A stretch of DNA of 44,851 nucleotides from the IMG/VR virus record IMGVR_UViG_2974654489_000001, positions 1 to 44,851 of that record, one strand, 5' to 3'. The position numbers and the translations under genes are program-made. The first letter of the stretch is position 1. Each line of letters opens with the position of its first letter. The stretch comes from a virus (Duplodnaviria; Heunggongvirae; Uroviricota; Caudoviricetes). Shown in pieces: positions 7,672 through 16,905 of the stretch. A model generated the notes under the pieces. That model was not told the origin of the DNA and did not search any database. It saw only the letters and a list, made by a program, of their open reading frames with translations.

Positions 7672-8721
7672 ATGGCAATTACCACTATCGGCGATATCGT
7701 AACTGGCAACATCCCGGTCCTGGCGTCTTATATGACCGAGGACCCGGTAGAGAAAACCGCGTTCTTCCAGTCCGGTATTCTGACCCCAACTCCGTACGCC
7801 GCTGAGATTGCCCGCGGCCCGTCCAACATCGCCAACATTCCTTTCTGGAAAGCGATTGATACATCTATCGAGCCAAACTACTCGAACGATGTGTATCAGG
7901 ACATCGCTACCCCGCGTAACGTGCAAACCGGTGAGATGATGGCCCGTGTTGCCTACCTGAACGAAGGTTTTGGCCAGGCTGACCTGACTGTCGAACTGAC
8001 CAGCCAGAACCCGCTGCAATCCGTAGCGTCCCGTCTGGATAACTTCTGGCAGCGTCAGGCACAGCGCCGTCTGATTGCTACTGCGCTCGGTCTGTACAAC
8101 GACAACGTAGCCGCTACCGATGAATACCATACGCAGAACGATATGGTTATCGACGTGTCTGCTTCTAAAGGCTTCGACGCCGCCGCATTCATCGACGCTA
8201 CCCAGACTATGGGCGATGCTCTGATGGGCAACGGCGGTGAAGTGCTGGGCGCTATCGCGATGCACAGCTTCGTTTATGCGCAGGCGCGTAAGCAGCAGCT
8301 TATCGACTTCATCAAAGACGCCGACAACGACACCTTGTTTGCCACCTACCAGGGCTACCGTGTGATTGTTGATGACAGCATGACCGTAGTCGGCACCGAC
8401 ACGAACCGCAAGTTCATCTCTATCATCTTCGGCAACGGTGCTATCGGTTACGGTGAAGGTAATCCGTCCAACCCGCTGGAATACGAACGCGAAGCGTCCC
8501 GCGGCAACGGCGGCGGCGTTGAAACCCTGTGGACCCGTAAGACCTGGCTGTTGCATCCGTTTGGTTACAGCTTCACCAGCGCGGTAATCACCGGCAACGG
8601 CACCGAGACTGTCGCTCGCTCTGCTTCCTGGCAGGACCTGGCGAACGCCTCCAACTGGAACCGCGTTGTTGACCGTAAGCATGTACCGATTGCCTTCCTG
8701 GTAACTGGTGTCGGGGCTTAA
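7672..8721 (+). CDS. Major capsid protein
   Basis: 349 aa, strongly biased codon usage, follows scaffold and is followed by a strong terminator. Confidence 0.8.
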   Translation: MAITTIGDIVTGNIPVLASYMTEDPVEKTAFFQSGILTPTPYAAEIARGPSNIANIPFWKAIDTSIEPNYSNDVYQDIATPRNVQTGEMMARVAYLNEGFGQADLTVELTSQNPLQSVASRLDNFWQRQAQRRLIATALGLYNDNVAATDEYHTQNDMVIDVSASKGFDAAAFIDATQTMGDALMGNGGEVLGAIAMHSFVYAQARKQQLIDFIKDADNDTLFATYQGYRVIVDDSMTVVGTDTNRKFISIIFGNGAIGYGEGNPSNPLEYEREASRGNGGGVETLWTRKTWLLHPFGYSFTSAVITGNGTETVARSASWQDLANASNWNRVVDRKHVPIAFLVTGVGA

Positions 8722-8736
8722 GGTTAAGATATAATC

Positions 8737-8762
8737 GAGAGGGACTTCGGTCCCTCTTTTCA
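8737..8762 (+). terminator. Intrinsic terminator (AGAGGGAC-TTCG-GTCCCTCT + TTTT)
   Basis: 8-bp stem, UUCG loop, T tract after capsid gene. Confidence 0.7.
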
Positions 8763-8782
8763 TTTACTAAGAGGATTCCTCA

Positions 8783-9127
8783 ATGGCAGACGTACTGAAA
8801 CGACGCATCACTGGCGTCTCTGCAGACACCGTAGGAGCTAAGATTGACATGGCGACTATTTCTCCTGCGTCTTTTTCTACCCCACTTAACGCCACAACGT
8901 CAGTAAACTCCGGCGAAACCATGACACTGACCGTGGCCGCAACTGGCGGACTAGAGCCATATTCTTACCAGTGGTATAAGAATAACAACGCCATCGCGGG
9001 GGCCACCGATAAGACGTATACCAAAGCCAACGCTGCTAAACCCGCTGACGAAGGTACGTATAAAGTGGTTGTTCACGATGTGTATGGTAATATTATCTCC
9101 AGCAGCACTGTAGCAACTGTGTCTTAA
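8783..9127 (+). CDS. Ig-like domain protein (possible capsid decoration)
   Basis: 114 aa; TLTVAATGGLEPYSYQWYKNNNAI...EGTYKVVVHD typical of Ig I-set fold. Confidence 0.55.
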   Translation: MADVLKRRITGVSADTVGAKIDMATISPASFSTPLNATTSVNSGETMTLTVAATGGLEPYSYQWYKNNNAIAGATDKTYTKANAAKPADEGTYKVVVHDVYGNIISSSTVATVS

Positions 9128-9131
9128 TACA

Positions 9132-9149
9132 ACGGCCCTTCGGGGCCGT
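9132..9149 (+). other. Stable stem-loop (ACGGCCC-TTCG-GGGCCGT) without U tract
   Basis: Perfect 7-bp stem with UUCG loop after gene; no T run, so possibly an RNA stability or processing element rather than a terminator. Confidence 0.4.
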
Positions 9150-9169
9150 AATAAGGAAAGGTAATAATT

Positions 9170-9559
9170 ATGAACGACCAGCAAATCGAAAAAGAAATCC
9201 AAGATAAAGGATTAACAGCGCCACGCATCACTCCGCAGCACATTCAGTCACTCATTTCTGGTGAGTATTATTTTACGGCAGAAGATGGCGTACAGCAGGC
9301 GATGCACAAGCAGGATGAGCTAACCAGACTCGTTGGCCCACACAGAGAAATTGAATTTCTTACCTTTTGTGTCTTGGTATTGAAAAATGGATTCACAGTC
9401 ACAGGTGAAAGCGCATGTGCCAGCCCTGAAAATTTCGATGCTGAAATTGGTCGGAAGATTGCCCGGCAGAATGCCGTAAACAAAATCTGGATGCTCGAAG
9501 GCTACTTGCTGAAGCAGAAGTTGCTGGAGCAAAACAGCGAGGCCAATCATGGCAGATAA
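9170..9559 (+). CDS. Hypothetical protein
   Basis: 129 aa, RBS AAGGAAAGG. Confidence 0.6.
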   Translation: MNDQQIEKEIQDKGLTAPRITPQHIQSLISGEYYFTAEDGVQQAMHKQDELTRLVGPHREIEFLTFCVLVLKNGFTVTGESACASPENFDAEIGRKIARQNAVNKIWMLEGYLLKQKLLEQNSEANHGR

Positions 9560-9728
9560 TTACGTAATCCGCGAAAAGTACACACACGTCGACGTTGTTG
9601 GCGGTCAGGTGATGCCGGTTCGCGGTGTTGTAGGAGCGGATGAACTGGTAGCGGTCCAACCGGACAACGAAGAAGCGCACAACAACGGCGGTGGTACTAA
9701 GCGTCGTCGCCGTAAGTCAGAGGAATAG
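9549..9728 (+). CDS. Hypothetical small protein with basic C-terminus (59 aa)
   Basis: ATG overlapping upstream gene end; ends ...GGGTKRRRRKSEE; below the ORF track size cutoff. Confidence 0.4.
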   Translation: MADNYVIREKYTHVDVVGGQVMPVRGVVGADELVAVQPDNEEAHNNGGGTKRRRRKSEE

Positions 9729-9731
9729 TTT

Positions 9732-10244
9732 ATGCCGCTAATCGTGGAAACGGGAGAAATCGTCCCTAATGCCGACAGTTACATTAGCCTGGCGGACGCC
9801 CGTGCGTTAGCGGCTAATTACGGTCTTGAGCTACCGGTGGACGATACCGCCGCAGAGGTGGCCTTGCGCAACGGCGCTACTTATGTCGGGCTTGCAGAAC
9901 CGCAGATGTGCGGACGTCGGGTGTCGGCGGAACAGTCTCTTGCATATCCCCGCACCGGTGTTACGCTAAATGGGTTCCCTGTAGCGAACAATGTCATCCC
10001 TAAGCAGGTAATTCTTGCGCAGGTAATCGCTGCCGTTACGTATGGTGGGGGTACTGAGGTGCGGGCCAACTCCGATGGACGTTCGGTACAGACCGAGCGC
10101 GTAGAGGGTGCAGTAACCGTCACCTACTTCAACAACGGCAGCTCTGGCGCTACTACATCAATCACCGCAGCCGATGACGCCTTGCGCCCGTTACTGTGCG
10201 GCGGTCTTAACAACGGCTTCTCCTTTAACGTGTACCGGGGTTAA
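9732..10244 (+). CDS. Putative head-tail connector or structural protein
   Basis: 170 aa, in structural operon between head and tail genes; assignment by position. Confidence 0.45.
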   Translation: MPLIVETGEIVPNADSYISLADARALAANYGLELPVDDTAAEVALRNGATYVGLAEPQMCGRRVSAEQSLAYPRTGVTLNGFPVANNVIPKQVILAQVIAAVTYGGGTEVRANSDGRSVQTERVEGAVTVTYFNNGSSGATTSITAADDALRPLLCGGLNNGFSFNVYRG

Positions 10245-10246
10245 AA

Positions 10247-10861
10247 ATGGCGAAGACTAAAACAGAGATGTTTACCCTTATCGGTGCAAATCTTCCCGAT
10301 AACACTACCGGTCTTATTACCCCCGCGAAGCTACGCGAAGTAATGACCCAGATGGCGGATTCGCCTATTTACGCCACTCCCGGTGTTAAAGAGGTTGAAG
10401 TTCTCCGTGCCGCGTCGACCGTGGCACAAGCGCCTTCCGCAGTAGATACGGCATTGCAGGTATCGTTCGGCTCTGCTCAGGGAAGCGCATCTGACCCGGT
10501 AATGATTAATGCTGCAGGTCTTGTTACGTTCAACACCGCGGGTAACTACGCCGTTCGCATCAAGTTGCAGGCAGGTCGCACAGGGGCCAGCGGAACGTCA
10601 ATCCTTTTATCGCGCATTCTTCTGAACGGTTCTCAGTACGGGTCACCCGCAGCTACTAAACTGGTAAGCGCCGATATTACAATCCCGATTGAGTCTCGCG
10701 TAGTTATTAACCCGACCGCAGGCCAGACGTTTGCCGTTCAGATTATGCGAGATAGCGCCGGAACAAACTTCGGCGGCGTATACCCGCAAGCGGCTACTGT
10801 AACTGCATGGGGTACGGCACCGTCAGCGCTACTGGTTATTTCGAGACTGGAGGCCGCCTGA
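10247..10861 (+). CDS. Hypothetical structural protein
   Basis: 204 aa, tightly packed in structural operon. Confidence 0.5.
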   Translation: MAKTKTEMFTLIGANLPDNTTGLITPAKLREVMTQMADSPIYATPGVKEVEVLRAASTVAQAPSAVDTALQVSFGSAQGSASDPVMINAAGLVTFNTAGNYAVRIKLQAGRTGASGTSILLSRILLNGSQYGSPAATKLVSADITIPIESRVVINPTAGQTFAVQIMRDSAGTNFGGVYPQAATVTAWGTAPSALLVISRLEAA

Positions 10862-11202
10862 TGAGCTTATTTCAGTGTGATAATTGCGGGTGTGTAGAAA
10901 ACACTGCGCTCGCTTCACAAGGGTTCATTGGAATTTTCGAGAAGTTCTATGACTGGGGGTACGCCCCTGAAAGGAGAGGTAAGAGGTTATGTAGCGCTTG
11001 CGGCCCAGTGAAATACCGCGACGGCTCCGCTACAGAGTACGGGAAGTGGCACAATGTGTTCACCCGCGACTACTTACCTATAGGAGAGTTTGAGACAAAT
11101 GACGTCGGTAACCTCGTGCATAAGAAAACTAAAAGCGAGGATTATCGTCAGTATATTATTAGGTCAGATAAGGATATACCTAATACGGGGTTTGACTTAT
11201 GA
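10861..11202 (+). CDS. Small Cys-rich (zinc-ribbon-like) protein
   Basis: ATG 10861 overlapping upstream stop (TGATG); CDNCGC...CSAC motifs. Confidence 0.5.
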   Translation: MSLFQCDNCGCVENTALASQGFIGIFEKFYDWGYAPERRGKRLCSACGPVKYRDGSATEYGKWHNVFTRDYLPIGEFETNDVGNLVHKKTKSEDYRQYIIRSDKDIPNTGFDL

Positions 11203-11558
11203 GCACAGCTTTCAGTAAACGTATGCAAGGCGTTGGTACACGCCTGCTAACCAAATTCGGCAGCACAGTATCTCTGATCCGTACTGGCTCGAAAGTGTGG
11301 GATGAAGTTCTCGGTGAGTACGTCTGGTCTGCGGATGAAGTGTTGCCGTTGAAGGCTGTTCCTGTTCCGGTAAACGCGGGACTGGTAAACGGTACGACGA
11401 TTCAGGCAAGCGACATGATTGTTAAAGCCGATTACAGTGTCGTTCCGAAGATGGAAGACAAGGTGCAATTCGGTGGCGAGCAATGGTCTGTTGTAGCCAT
11501 TGAGAAGAAGATGGTTAACGATGATGTCGTGGCCTACTTTATTCAGGTGAGAAAATGA
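11199..11558 (+). CDS. Hypothetical structural protein (head-tail joining region)
   Basis: 119 aa, overlapping start and stop with neighbours. Confidence 0.5.
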   Translation: MSTAFSKRMQGVGTRLLTKFGSTVSLIRTGSKVWDEVLGEYVWSADEVLPLKAVPVPVNAGLVNGTTIQASDMIVKADYSVVPKMEDKVQFGGEQWSVVAIEKKMVNDDVVAYFIQVRK

Positions 11559-11950
11559 GTTTCGCGCTTGATGTATCTAAGTTCGTAGAAAAGGCGAAGA
11601 AGAACCCTGAGAAGGTGATGCGTCAGGTGTCTATTAAGCTGTTTTCCGCTATTATAAAGACAAGCCCGGTAGACACAGGCCGCTTTCGTATGAACTGGAT
11701 GGCATCTGGTGGCACTCCTGCTTTCGGAACTACAGACGCTACGGATAAATCAGGAAACACGGCAACAGGAAACGCTACAAGTTTCGTACTGAAAGCCACC
11801 GACTGGCGCGAGTTCACGCTGACTAATAACCTGCCGTATGCGCAACGGCTGGAGTACGGTTGGTCGCAACAGGCTCCACAAGGCATGGTCAGGACTAATG
11901 TGTCACGCTTCCAGCAACTAATTAACGAAGAAGCCAACAAGGTGAAATAA
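11555..11950 (+). CDS. Tail completion / neck protein (HK97 gp10-like)
   Basis: Motif SPVDTGRFRMNW resembles the HK97 gp10 family signature. Confidence 0.55.
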   Translation: MSFALDVSKFVEKAKKNPEKVMRQVSIKLFSAIIKTSPVDTGRFRMNWMASGGTPAFGTTDATDKSGNTATGNATSFVLKATDWREFTLTNNLPYAQRLEYGWSQQAPQGMVRTNVSRFQQLINEEANKVK

Positions 11951-12363
11951 TGGGCTACTTTGAGGACTTAACCAAAGCGTTCGATGTGCCGCTGGTAGCC
12001 TTCGGAACCACCAACGGCATCAGGGTAGCGCTTGAGAACATCGACGCGCCGACGTCAACCGATACGCCGTATCTGGCAAGTTACATGTTGCTGGCGGATA
12101 CGGAGCAGGCGGATTTGTTCTTTACGGAACAACGCTCCGGCATCTATCAGGTCGACATTAACTACGCATCGGTGAAAGGTAGCGCGCCAATCAATAAAAT
12201 GGCAGACTTACTTAACACGGCATTCAAAGCAGGTAAGTCATTTTCACGTAACGACATCTGCGCCGAGGTTCAATCGGTTAGCCTGGGGCCGCTGATTGTA
12301 GAAAACGGATGGGCCAAACGGCCATTGTCAATTAACTTTATCGCATTCACCAAGAGGCTGTGA
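11950..12363 (+). CDS. Putative tail terminator protein
   Basis: 137 aa immediately upstream of major tail protein; positional. Confidence 0.45.
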   Translation: MGYFEDLTKAFDVPLVAFGTTNGIRVALENIDAPTSTDTPYLASYMLLADTEQADLFFTEQRSGIYQVDINYASVKGSAPINKMADLLNTAFKAGKSFSRNDICAEVQSVSLGPLIVENGWAKRPLSINFIAFTKRL

Positions 12364-12365
12364 AT

Positions 12366-13532
12366 ATGGCTACAACTCCTTTTAAGGGCGCGAATACCGC
12401 GCAATTCTATGTGGCGGAAGTTACCCCGGGCGTGACCCCAGACAACCCTGTCTGGTCGCCGTTGCGTAACACTGGCGGTGTTCCAGCTATTACCCGAGAC
12501 ACGCTGACCTCCAACGAACTGGACGGCAGCCGTGAAACTACATCCATCCGCACCGGCAACAAGCAGGTTAGCGGAGAATACGCTATTGAGCTTAGTTCGA
12601 AAAGCCAGGACGACTGGCTGGCGGGTGCTTTAGGCTCCACGTGGCAATCCGGTAGTTCTCTGACAGGGCTATCAATTACCGTCGCGCCCGCCGGCAAGAC
12701 GTTCACACGCGCCGAAGGTAGCTTTATTACCGACGGCGTTGAAGTGGGCGACCTGATTGCGTTTACCGACTTAACGGGTGATAACGCAAAACCGTTTATT
12801 GTTACCGCAGTAGATGCTCTGGCAGTAACCGGTGCTGGTATCCAGCACACTCTGACCGCAGAGACTGCCACTACCGCTGCTAAGACCGGCGACAAACTGG
12901 AAACCGGCAGTCAGTGTAAGACGTTCTCTATTCTCACCTGGTACAAAGGCCAGTGCGGCGGGGCCAGTGTATATACGCTGACCAAAGGCGTAGAAGTTTC
13001 CGGTTTTACCATCGAACAGGCGGTTAATGCAATGGTAACTGGCAGCTTCCCGTTCATCGGTCGCACTCAGGAGATTCTCACCGAGCAGCCGTCCGGTTCC
13101 GATTTCTCATCTGTTACGTTTGGCGATGAGCCTTTCTCTTCGGTTGACGTTTCCGTGTTCGATGGCTCTACGCCGTTGCGCTGCGACAGTCTGACCATCA
13201 CCAACGACAACAGCGCGTCCGCACAGTTCGAACTTGGCAACACTAACGTTGCGTTTGTGGAGCGTAGTCGCGCGGCTAACACCTTCTCCATCTCTGGTAA
13301 GCTGTACGACATGGCGATGATTCAGAAGTTTATCAACGAGCAGCAGGTGGAGATTAACTCTATTCTGGCGGGGGTAAACGGGGCTATGTCTTTCAGCCTG
13401 AAACGCGCAGAGCTTACGGCTGTTACACCAGAGATTGGGGGGCCAGAGTCAATCACCCAGTCCATTGAAGGGCAGGCTACTGGCAACCAGTACCAGTCGT
13501 CTATTGTCATCCAGCGTATCACCTACGCATAA
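12366..13532 (+). CDS. Major tail protein
   Basis: ATG 12366 after AAGAGG RBS; T/S/G-rich beta-type protein followed by strong terminator; positional. Confidence 0.6.
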   Translation: MATTPFKGANTAQFYVAEVTPGVTPDNPVWSPLRNTGGVPAITRDTLTSNELDGSRETTSIRTGNKQVSGEYAIELSSKSQDDWLAGALGSTWQSGSSLTGLSITVAPAGKTFTRAEGSFITDGVEVGDLIAFTDLTGDNAKPFIVTAVDALAVTGAGIQHTLTAETATTAAKTGDKLETGSQCKTFSILTWYKGQCGGASVYTLTKGVEVSGFTIEQAVNAMVTGSFPFIGRTQEILTEQPSGSDFSSVTFGDEPFSSVDVSVFDGSTPLRCDSLTITNDNSASAQFELGNTNVAFVERSRAANTFSISGKLYDMAMIQKFINEQQVEINSILAGVNGAMSFSLKRAELTAVTPEIGGPESITQSIEGQATGNQYQSSIVIQRITYA

Positions 13533-13535
13533 AAC

Positions 13536-13561
13536 TAAGGCCCCTTTCGGGGCCTTTTTCT
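13536..13561. terminator. Bidirectional intrinsic terminator (AAGGCCCC-TTTC-GGGGCCTT)
   Basis: 8-bp GC stem with A tract upstream and T tract downstream between convergent genes. Confidence 0.7.
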
Positions 13562-14115
13562 TACAAACCTAATTTTAAAGCAATGTCTATAACGTTCGAT
13601 TTAACGTCACCCGGTATGATATAGGTGTCGTAATCTTTTACACCACTAACATCATACAGGTAGCCACGGCTATCCCCGTCAAACGTGTAGCCGTCTCGGT
13701 GCAAGCGAACAATTCGCACGTCATGCCCAGCGGCGACGATAGGGGCCACTTCACTGGCGAATCCACCGTCGGAAACTACAAAAACTTCGTTGCCGCCGGG
13801 CAAGTTTTCAGCAAGATACTTACCGAAATAATCACTACCAAGTACCGGTTTAATGAATTGTTCAGAGATAGCAATCATGAACTGACGTCGCGACAAACCA
13901 TTAAGGAAGCCTTCCGGCTTTTCTTTCCGCGCTCGGTCGTCGTAGCCGTCGAGAAATTCGTGGTAAGCATCAGGGCCTAACGCCGCCAGGGCAATATTGA
14001 ACATTGGATTCTTGAAACTGGCAGTTCCTTTTGCAAAGCCCATTTCTACCAGCGCCATAGCAAGAGTGTCTTTCCCGCAACCAGCAGGACCATTAAGAAT
14101 AATTACCTTAGCCAT
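13561..14115 (-). CDS. P-loop nucleotide or nucleoside-monophosphate kinase
   Basis: Walker A ILNGPAGCGKDT at N-terminus; overall layout resembles phage dNMP kinases. Confidence 0.6.
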   Translation of the reverse strand: MAKVIILNGPAGCGKDTLAMALVEMGFAKGTASFKNPMFNIALAALGPDAYHEFLDGYDDRARKEKPEGFLNGLSRRQFMIAISEQFIKPVLGSDYFGKYLAENLPGGNEVFVVSDGGFASEVAPIVAAGHDVRIVRLHRDGYTFDGDSRGYLYDVSGVKDYDTYIIPGDVKSNVIDIALKLGL

Positions 14116-14600
14116 TATTTATCACTCCCGTGCGATTTTAAGTGTGTAGAGTTCCCGTTACAGTCGTATTCAGTAACCGCGTGAGTGGTTATACCGAGGC
14201 CGCGGAAATGCTTTATTACCGCTGGCGAGTCGTCGAACGCACACAAGATTCTTTCTAGCCCGATCGCACGCAACACTTCTTCTTTAATTACGATGTCTTT
14301 TCTGTTGTCGTGTTTGCTGCGCATGATTAGCTGATAAAATTCGACGCGGTGGCGCTGCAACCACATTCTGGTTTCTTTTTCTGCGTCATCACTACGGCCC
14401 GTTAAGATAATAACGGCATAGCGACGATTAAGGGCGTTACACAGTTCGATGTTATCCCTAATGGGTTCATCATCTTTGCACGCCATGTTAAATGGCTTCC
14501 ACGCCCATGTTTCGTTGTAGTTATCTTTCGGCAGCAGGTGTAAACGATGCGTACCATCCGCCAATGTTCCATCTAAATCGAAAATTACAATGTCTTTCAT
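14115..14600 (-). CDS. HAD-superfamily phosphatase (polynucleotide 3-prime phosphatase or nucleotidase-like)
   Basis: HAD motif I FDLDGTL at residues 7-13; further motifs (ILTGR, RKDIVIKEE, FDDSP) resemble the phosphatase domain of T4 polynucleotide kinase as recalled from memory. Confidence 0.6.
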   Translation of the reverse strand: MKDIVIFDLDGTLADGTHRLHLLPKDNYNETWAWKPFNMACKDDEPIRDNIELCNALNRRYAVIILTGRSDDAEKETRMWLQRHRVEFYQLIMRSKHDNRKDIVIKEEVLRAIGLERILCAFDDSPAVIKHFRGLGITTHAVTEYDCNGNSTHLKSHGSDK

Positions 14601-15727
14601 CCCAGCATCTCCGGTGAAATAGTTAAACGTGCGACCTCGCCATATTCGGCGCTATAAGTAATTACATTTGCACTACGGCCTGACATCCATCCGCCGCGGG
14701 AAGCGTAGGCATCTTTCGCCGCCAGGGTGCGGTGTTGCTCAACAATCATGTTACGGCTTTCTACGATCTTCTGGTGATGCAGGTGGCCTACGTGGGCGTA
14801 GCTATAGACACTCTCACCGAACGCTTTGCGGAACTTAGCGATCATAACCGGTTCAATAGCGTCGAATCGTGCTTTATGTCCGTGGTGGAAGAACAGGGTC
14901 GTTTTGCCGTGCTGCACCATCTTATAAACATCCGGCGACGTATCGACGAACACACGCGGCTCATTGTCGTACAGCGTACTGAACATCTCAGCTAACCAAA
15001 TCATCCCACTTTCGTCGTGGTTCCCCTGCACGATAAGCAAGCGAACATTTTTATGTTTAACGAGAGCCATATCAACAACACGGCGGACCATACGGATCAT
15101 GTAGCGGACCAGTTTCTGGTAGCGCGTGTCAGCGTCAAGAACATTACCGCTTGCCGGGGTAACGGCAACCAGACTGTCGAAGTGCGCAAGGTCGCCTAGC
15201 AGGTTAATAACACCCGTACCCGCGTCTGGTGCTTTCTGGAATGCCGCGTCGAACCAGCGGGAGAACAGGTCTTCCGCGATTTTCATGTCCCAGTCGTCTC
15301 CGCTCTCGTCGCCCCAGGCCAGCATACCGAGATGGAAATCAGATATCGTGTAAAGATTGAGTAGCTTGTCGTCGCGTTTAGCTCGAGTCGCTTTAACAGG
15401 CGCAACTGGGGTAATCTCTGACTTCATCCCCTCAATTACGGCTTTCATCAACTCGACCTGACGCTCGACATCGGTGTCAGTCTTAACCCATTGCAATTTA
15501 GTGTTGCCAAACTCGTCCACCAGGGACGACGTCCCTTTAATCTTGTAGCCGTCCGGTACAAGGTGACTAACGTCACGCCCGTGGCCCACGCCTTTCTTTG
15601 CCAGTTTCGCTTTGCGGATACGAATAACGCGGTCTGAGATGCCGTATTTACGGGCGATATCGATATTCTTCATACCGGCGTTCAATTCTTCCTGCAACTG
15701 TTCGTCGGTTATTTTCTTCCGGGCCAT
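14597..15727 (-). CDS. Calcineurin-like metallophosphoesterase with N-terminal HTH domain
   Basis: Motifs DFHLG, GDLAHFD, QGNHDE, HHGH, GHLHH; N-terminal IDIARKYGISDRVIRIRKAKL helix-turn-helix. Confidence 0.7.
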   Translation of the reverse strand: MARKKITDEQLQEELNAGMKNIDIARKYGISDRVIRIRKAKLAKKGVGHGRDVSHLVPDGYKIKGTSSLVDEFGNTKLQWVKTDTDVERQVELMKAVIEGMKSEITPVAPVKATRAKRDDKLLNLYTISDFHLGMLAWGDESGDDWDMKIAEDLFSRWFDAAFQKAPDAGTGVINLLGDLAHFDSLVAVTPASGNVLDADTRYQKLVRYMIRMVRRVVDMALVKHKNVRLLIVQGNHDESGMIWLAEMFSTLYDNEPRVFVDTSPDVYKMVQHGKTTLFFHHGHKARFDAIEPVMIAKFRKAFGESVYSYAHVGHLHHQKIVESRNMIVEQHRTLAAKDAYASRGGWMSGRSANVITYSAEYGEVARLTISPEMLG

Positions 15728-15764
15728 GCTTATTCCTCGTGCTTAGGATTTGTCCTATACTAGC

Positions 15765-15971
15765 TTACTTCTCGTTAACATTCGAGTTGCACGCCCAGAT
15801 TAAAATAAAGACCCACGGCAGCAGAACCCAACCAAGAAACAGATTGGCCATGAATATCGCCAACTTCGCTTTATGGTCGCGGAAATACGCAACCAGGAAA
15901 GGTGCGAAATAGGCGAGCAGTGCAAACAGAATTAAGGAAACCGGTAAACTTGACATTTTAAACCCCTTCAT
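15765..15971 (-). CDS. Small two-TM membrane protein resembling superinfection immunity (Imm) proteins
   Basis: LLAYFAPFLVAYFRDHKAKLAIFMANLFLGWVLLPWVFILIWA matches the Imm-type family pattern as recalled; RBS GAAGGGG. Confidence 0.55.
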   Translation of the reverse strand: MKGFKMSSLPVSLILFALLAYFAPFLVAYFRDHKAKLAIFMANLFLGWVLLPWVFILIWACNSNVNEK

Positions 15972-15979
15972 TGTTGGTG

Positions 15980-16016
15980 TAAGTGAATAGTACCCTATTA
16001 TATTGGGGTGTGCAAG
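15980..16016 (-). promoter_or_regulatory. Leftward promoter cassette CTTGCAC-N7-TATAAT-AGGGTACTATTCAC with inverted repeat AATAG-N4-CTATT (15986-15999)
   Basis: Near-identical to cassettes at 6036-6076 and 38348-38387. Confidence 0.5.
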
Positions 16017-16123
16017 TAGTGTGCTAGAATAAGTTTGCGCCTAGTGTCGCACACGAAAAGCGGGTGGTTCCCGTCTGGCGCATTTACCGTTAACCAGTAA
16101 CCTCTTAACCAAAGGATTAAAGA

Positions 16124-16540
16124 ATGAAACTTTCTGATTTTTATTTCGAAGAGAAAGCACTGGTGGGCAAGAAGATGCCGATTCTGCTACCAAACGGCGA
16201 AGACTCTGGTGAGTGGCTTAACGTCGTAAGTCCCGATGCAGATGCCGCCGTTAAAGCAGGGCGTGCTTTCATTATCGCGTACCGACGCGGGCTGGCGCGT
16301 TTCGAAGAACTGGAAAAATCCGCCAAAGAATCCGGCGACTATACTGAATATAACCTGGCGATTAACGAACTGGCGGAAGACCTCAACCGACAACTCGCGG
16401 CAGAAGTCGTAAACGGCTGGAGCTTTGATGAGCCTTTCTCTAAAGAAGCATTTAACAAATTGCTGGACCAGTTCAAGGCATTAGGTACACAGGTGGCGGC
16501 GTTCCATAACGCCGAGCGCAAAGCATTACAGGGAAAGTAG
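16124..16540 (+). CDS. Tail assembly chaperone (G-like)
   Basis: 138 aa acidic protein directly upstream of tape measure; slippery site near its 3-prime end. Confidence 0.65.
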   Translation: MKLSDFYFEEKALVGKKMPILLPNGEDSGEWLNVVSPDADAAVKAGRAFIIAYRRGLARFEELEKSAKESGDYTEYNLAINELAEDLNRQLAAEVVNGWSFDEPFSKEAFNKLLDQFKALGTQVAAFHNAERKALQGK

Positions 16541-16905
16541 ACGCGCTGTACAGGTTCGCCACCTACGAGTTTGTGGATAAGCATAAAATCAGAGAGTTTG
16601 ATTCTATAGCCGACGGACACGAACAGGCGCTTATCGCGATGGGTGTAATCGATAAGAAAAAACGTGCAGCGCGACGGGGTGGGCCAGAATGCCCGCCCCT
16701 TTTTATATCCACCTTTGAGACGTACTGCGACATTAAGTTTACGCGACACGTGCGCGAGGACGCTGTAGTATTGTTTGCAAGAGAATCCGTTACGTGGCAA
16801 GACCTGAAAGCCTATCTCGATGTTACGCAAAAACAGCTTAGCCTGTTCGAGATAGACATTATCATGGGCTTAGAAGCAATCTTTGAAGGTAGAAATCATG
16901 GCTGA
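16124..16905 (+). CDS. Tail assembly chaperone GT-like fusion produced by programmed -1 frameshift
   Basis: The -1 frame is open from 16510 to 16905 and joins the G frame at heptamer G GGA AAG. Confidence 0.55.
16531..16537 (+). other. Programmed -1 ribosomal frameshift slippery heptamer GGGAAAG
   Basis: X XXY YYZ heptamer in the zero frame of G, 1 codon before its stop; the same heptamer is used at lambda G/T. Confidence 0.6.

Noticed and set aside
7108-8763. 551-aa ORF on the minus strand
   Set aside because: Lies entirely antisense to the major capsid gene; low-complexity Ala/Gly/Arg/Val-rich translation typical of the reverse strand of a GC-biased gene; no RBS or promoter context
16339-16830. 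163-aa minus-strand ORF
   Set aside because: Antisense to the tail chaperone G/GT region whose plus-strand coding is supported by the frameshift architecture
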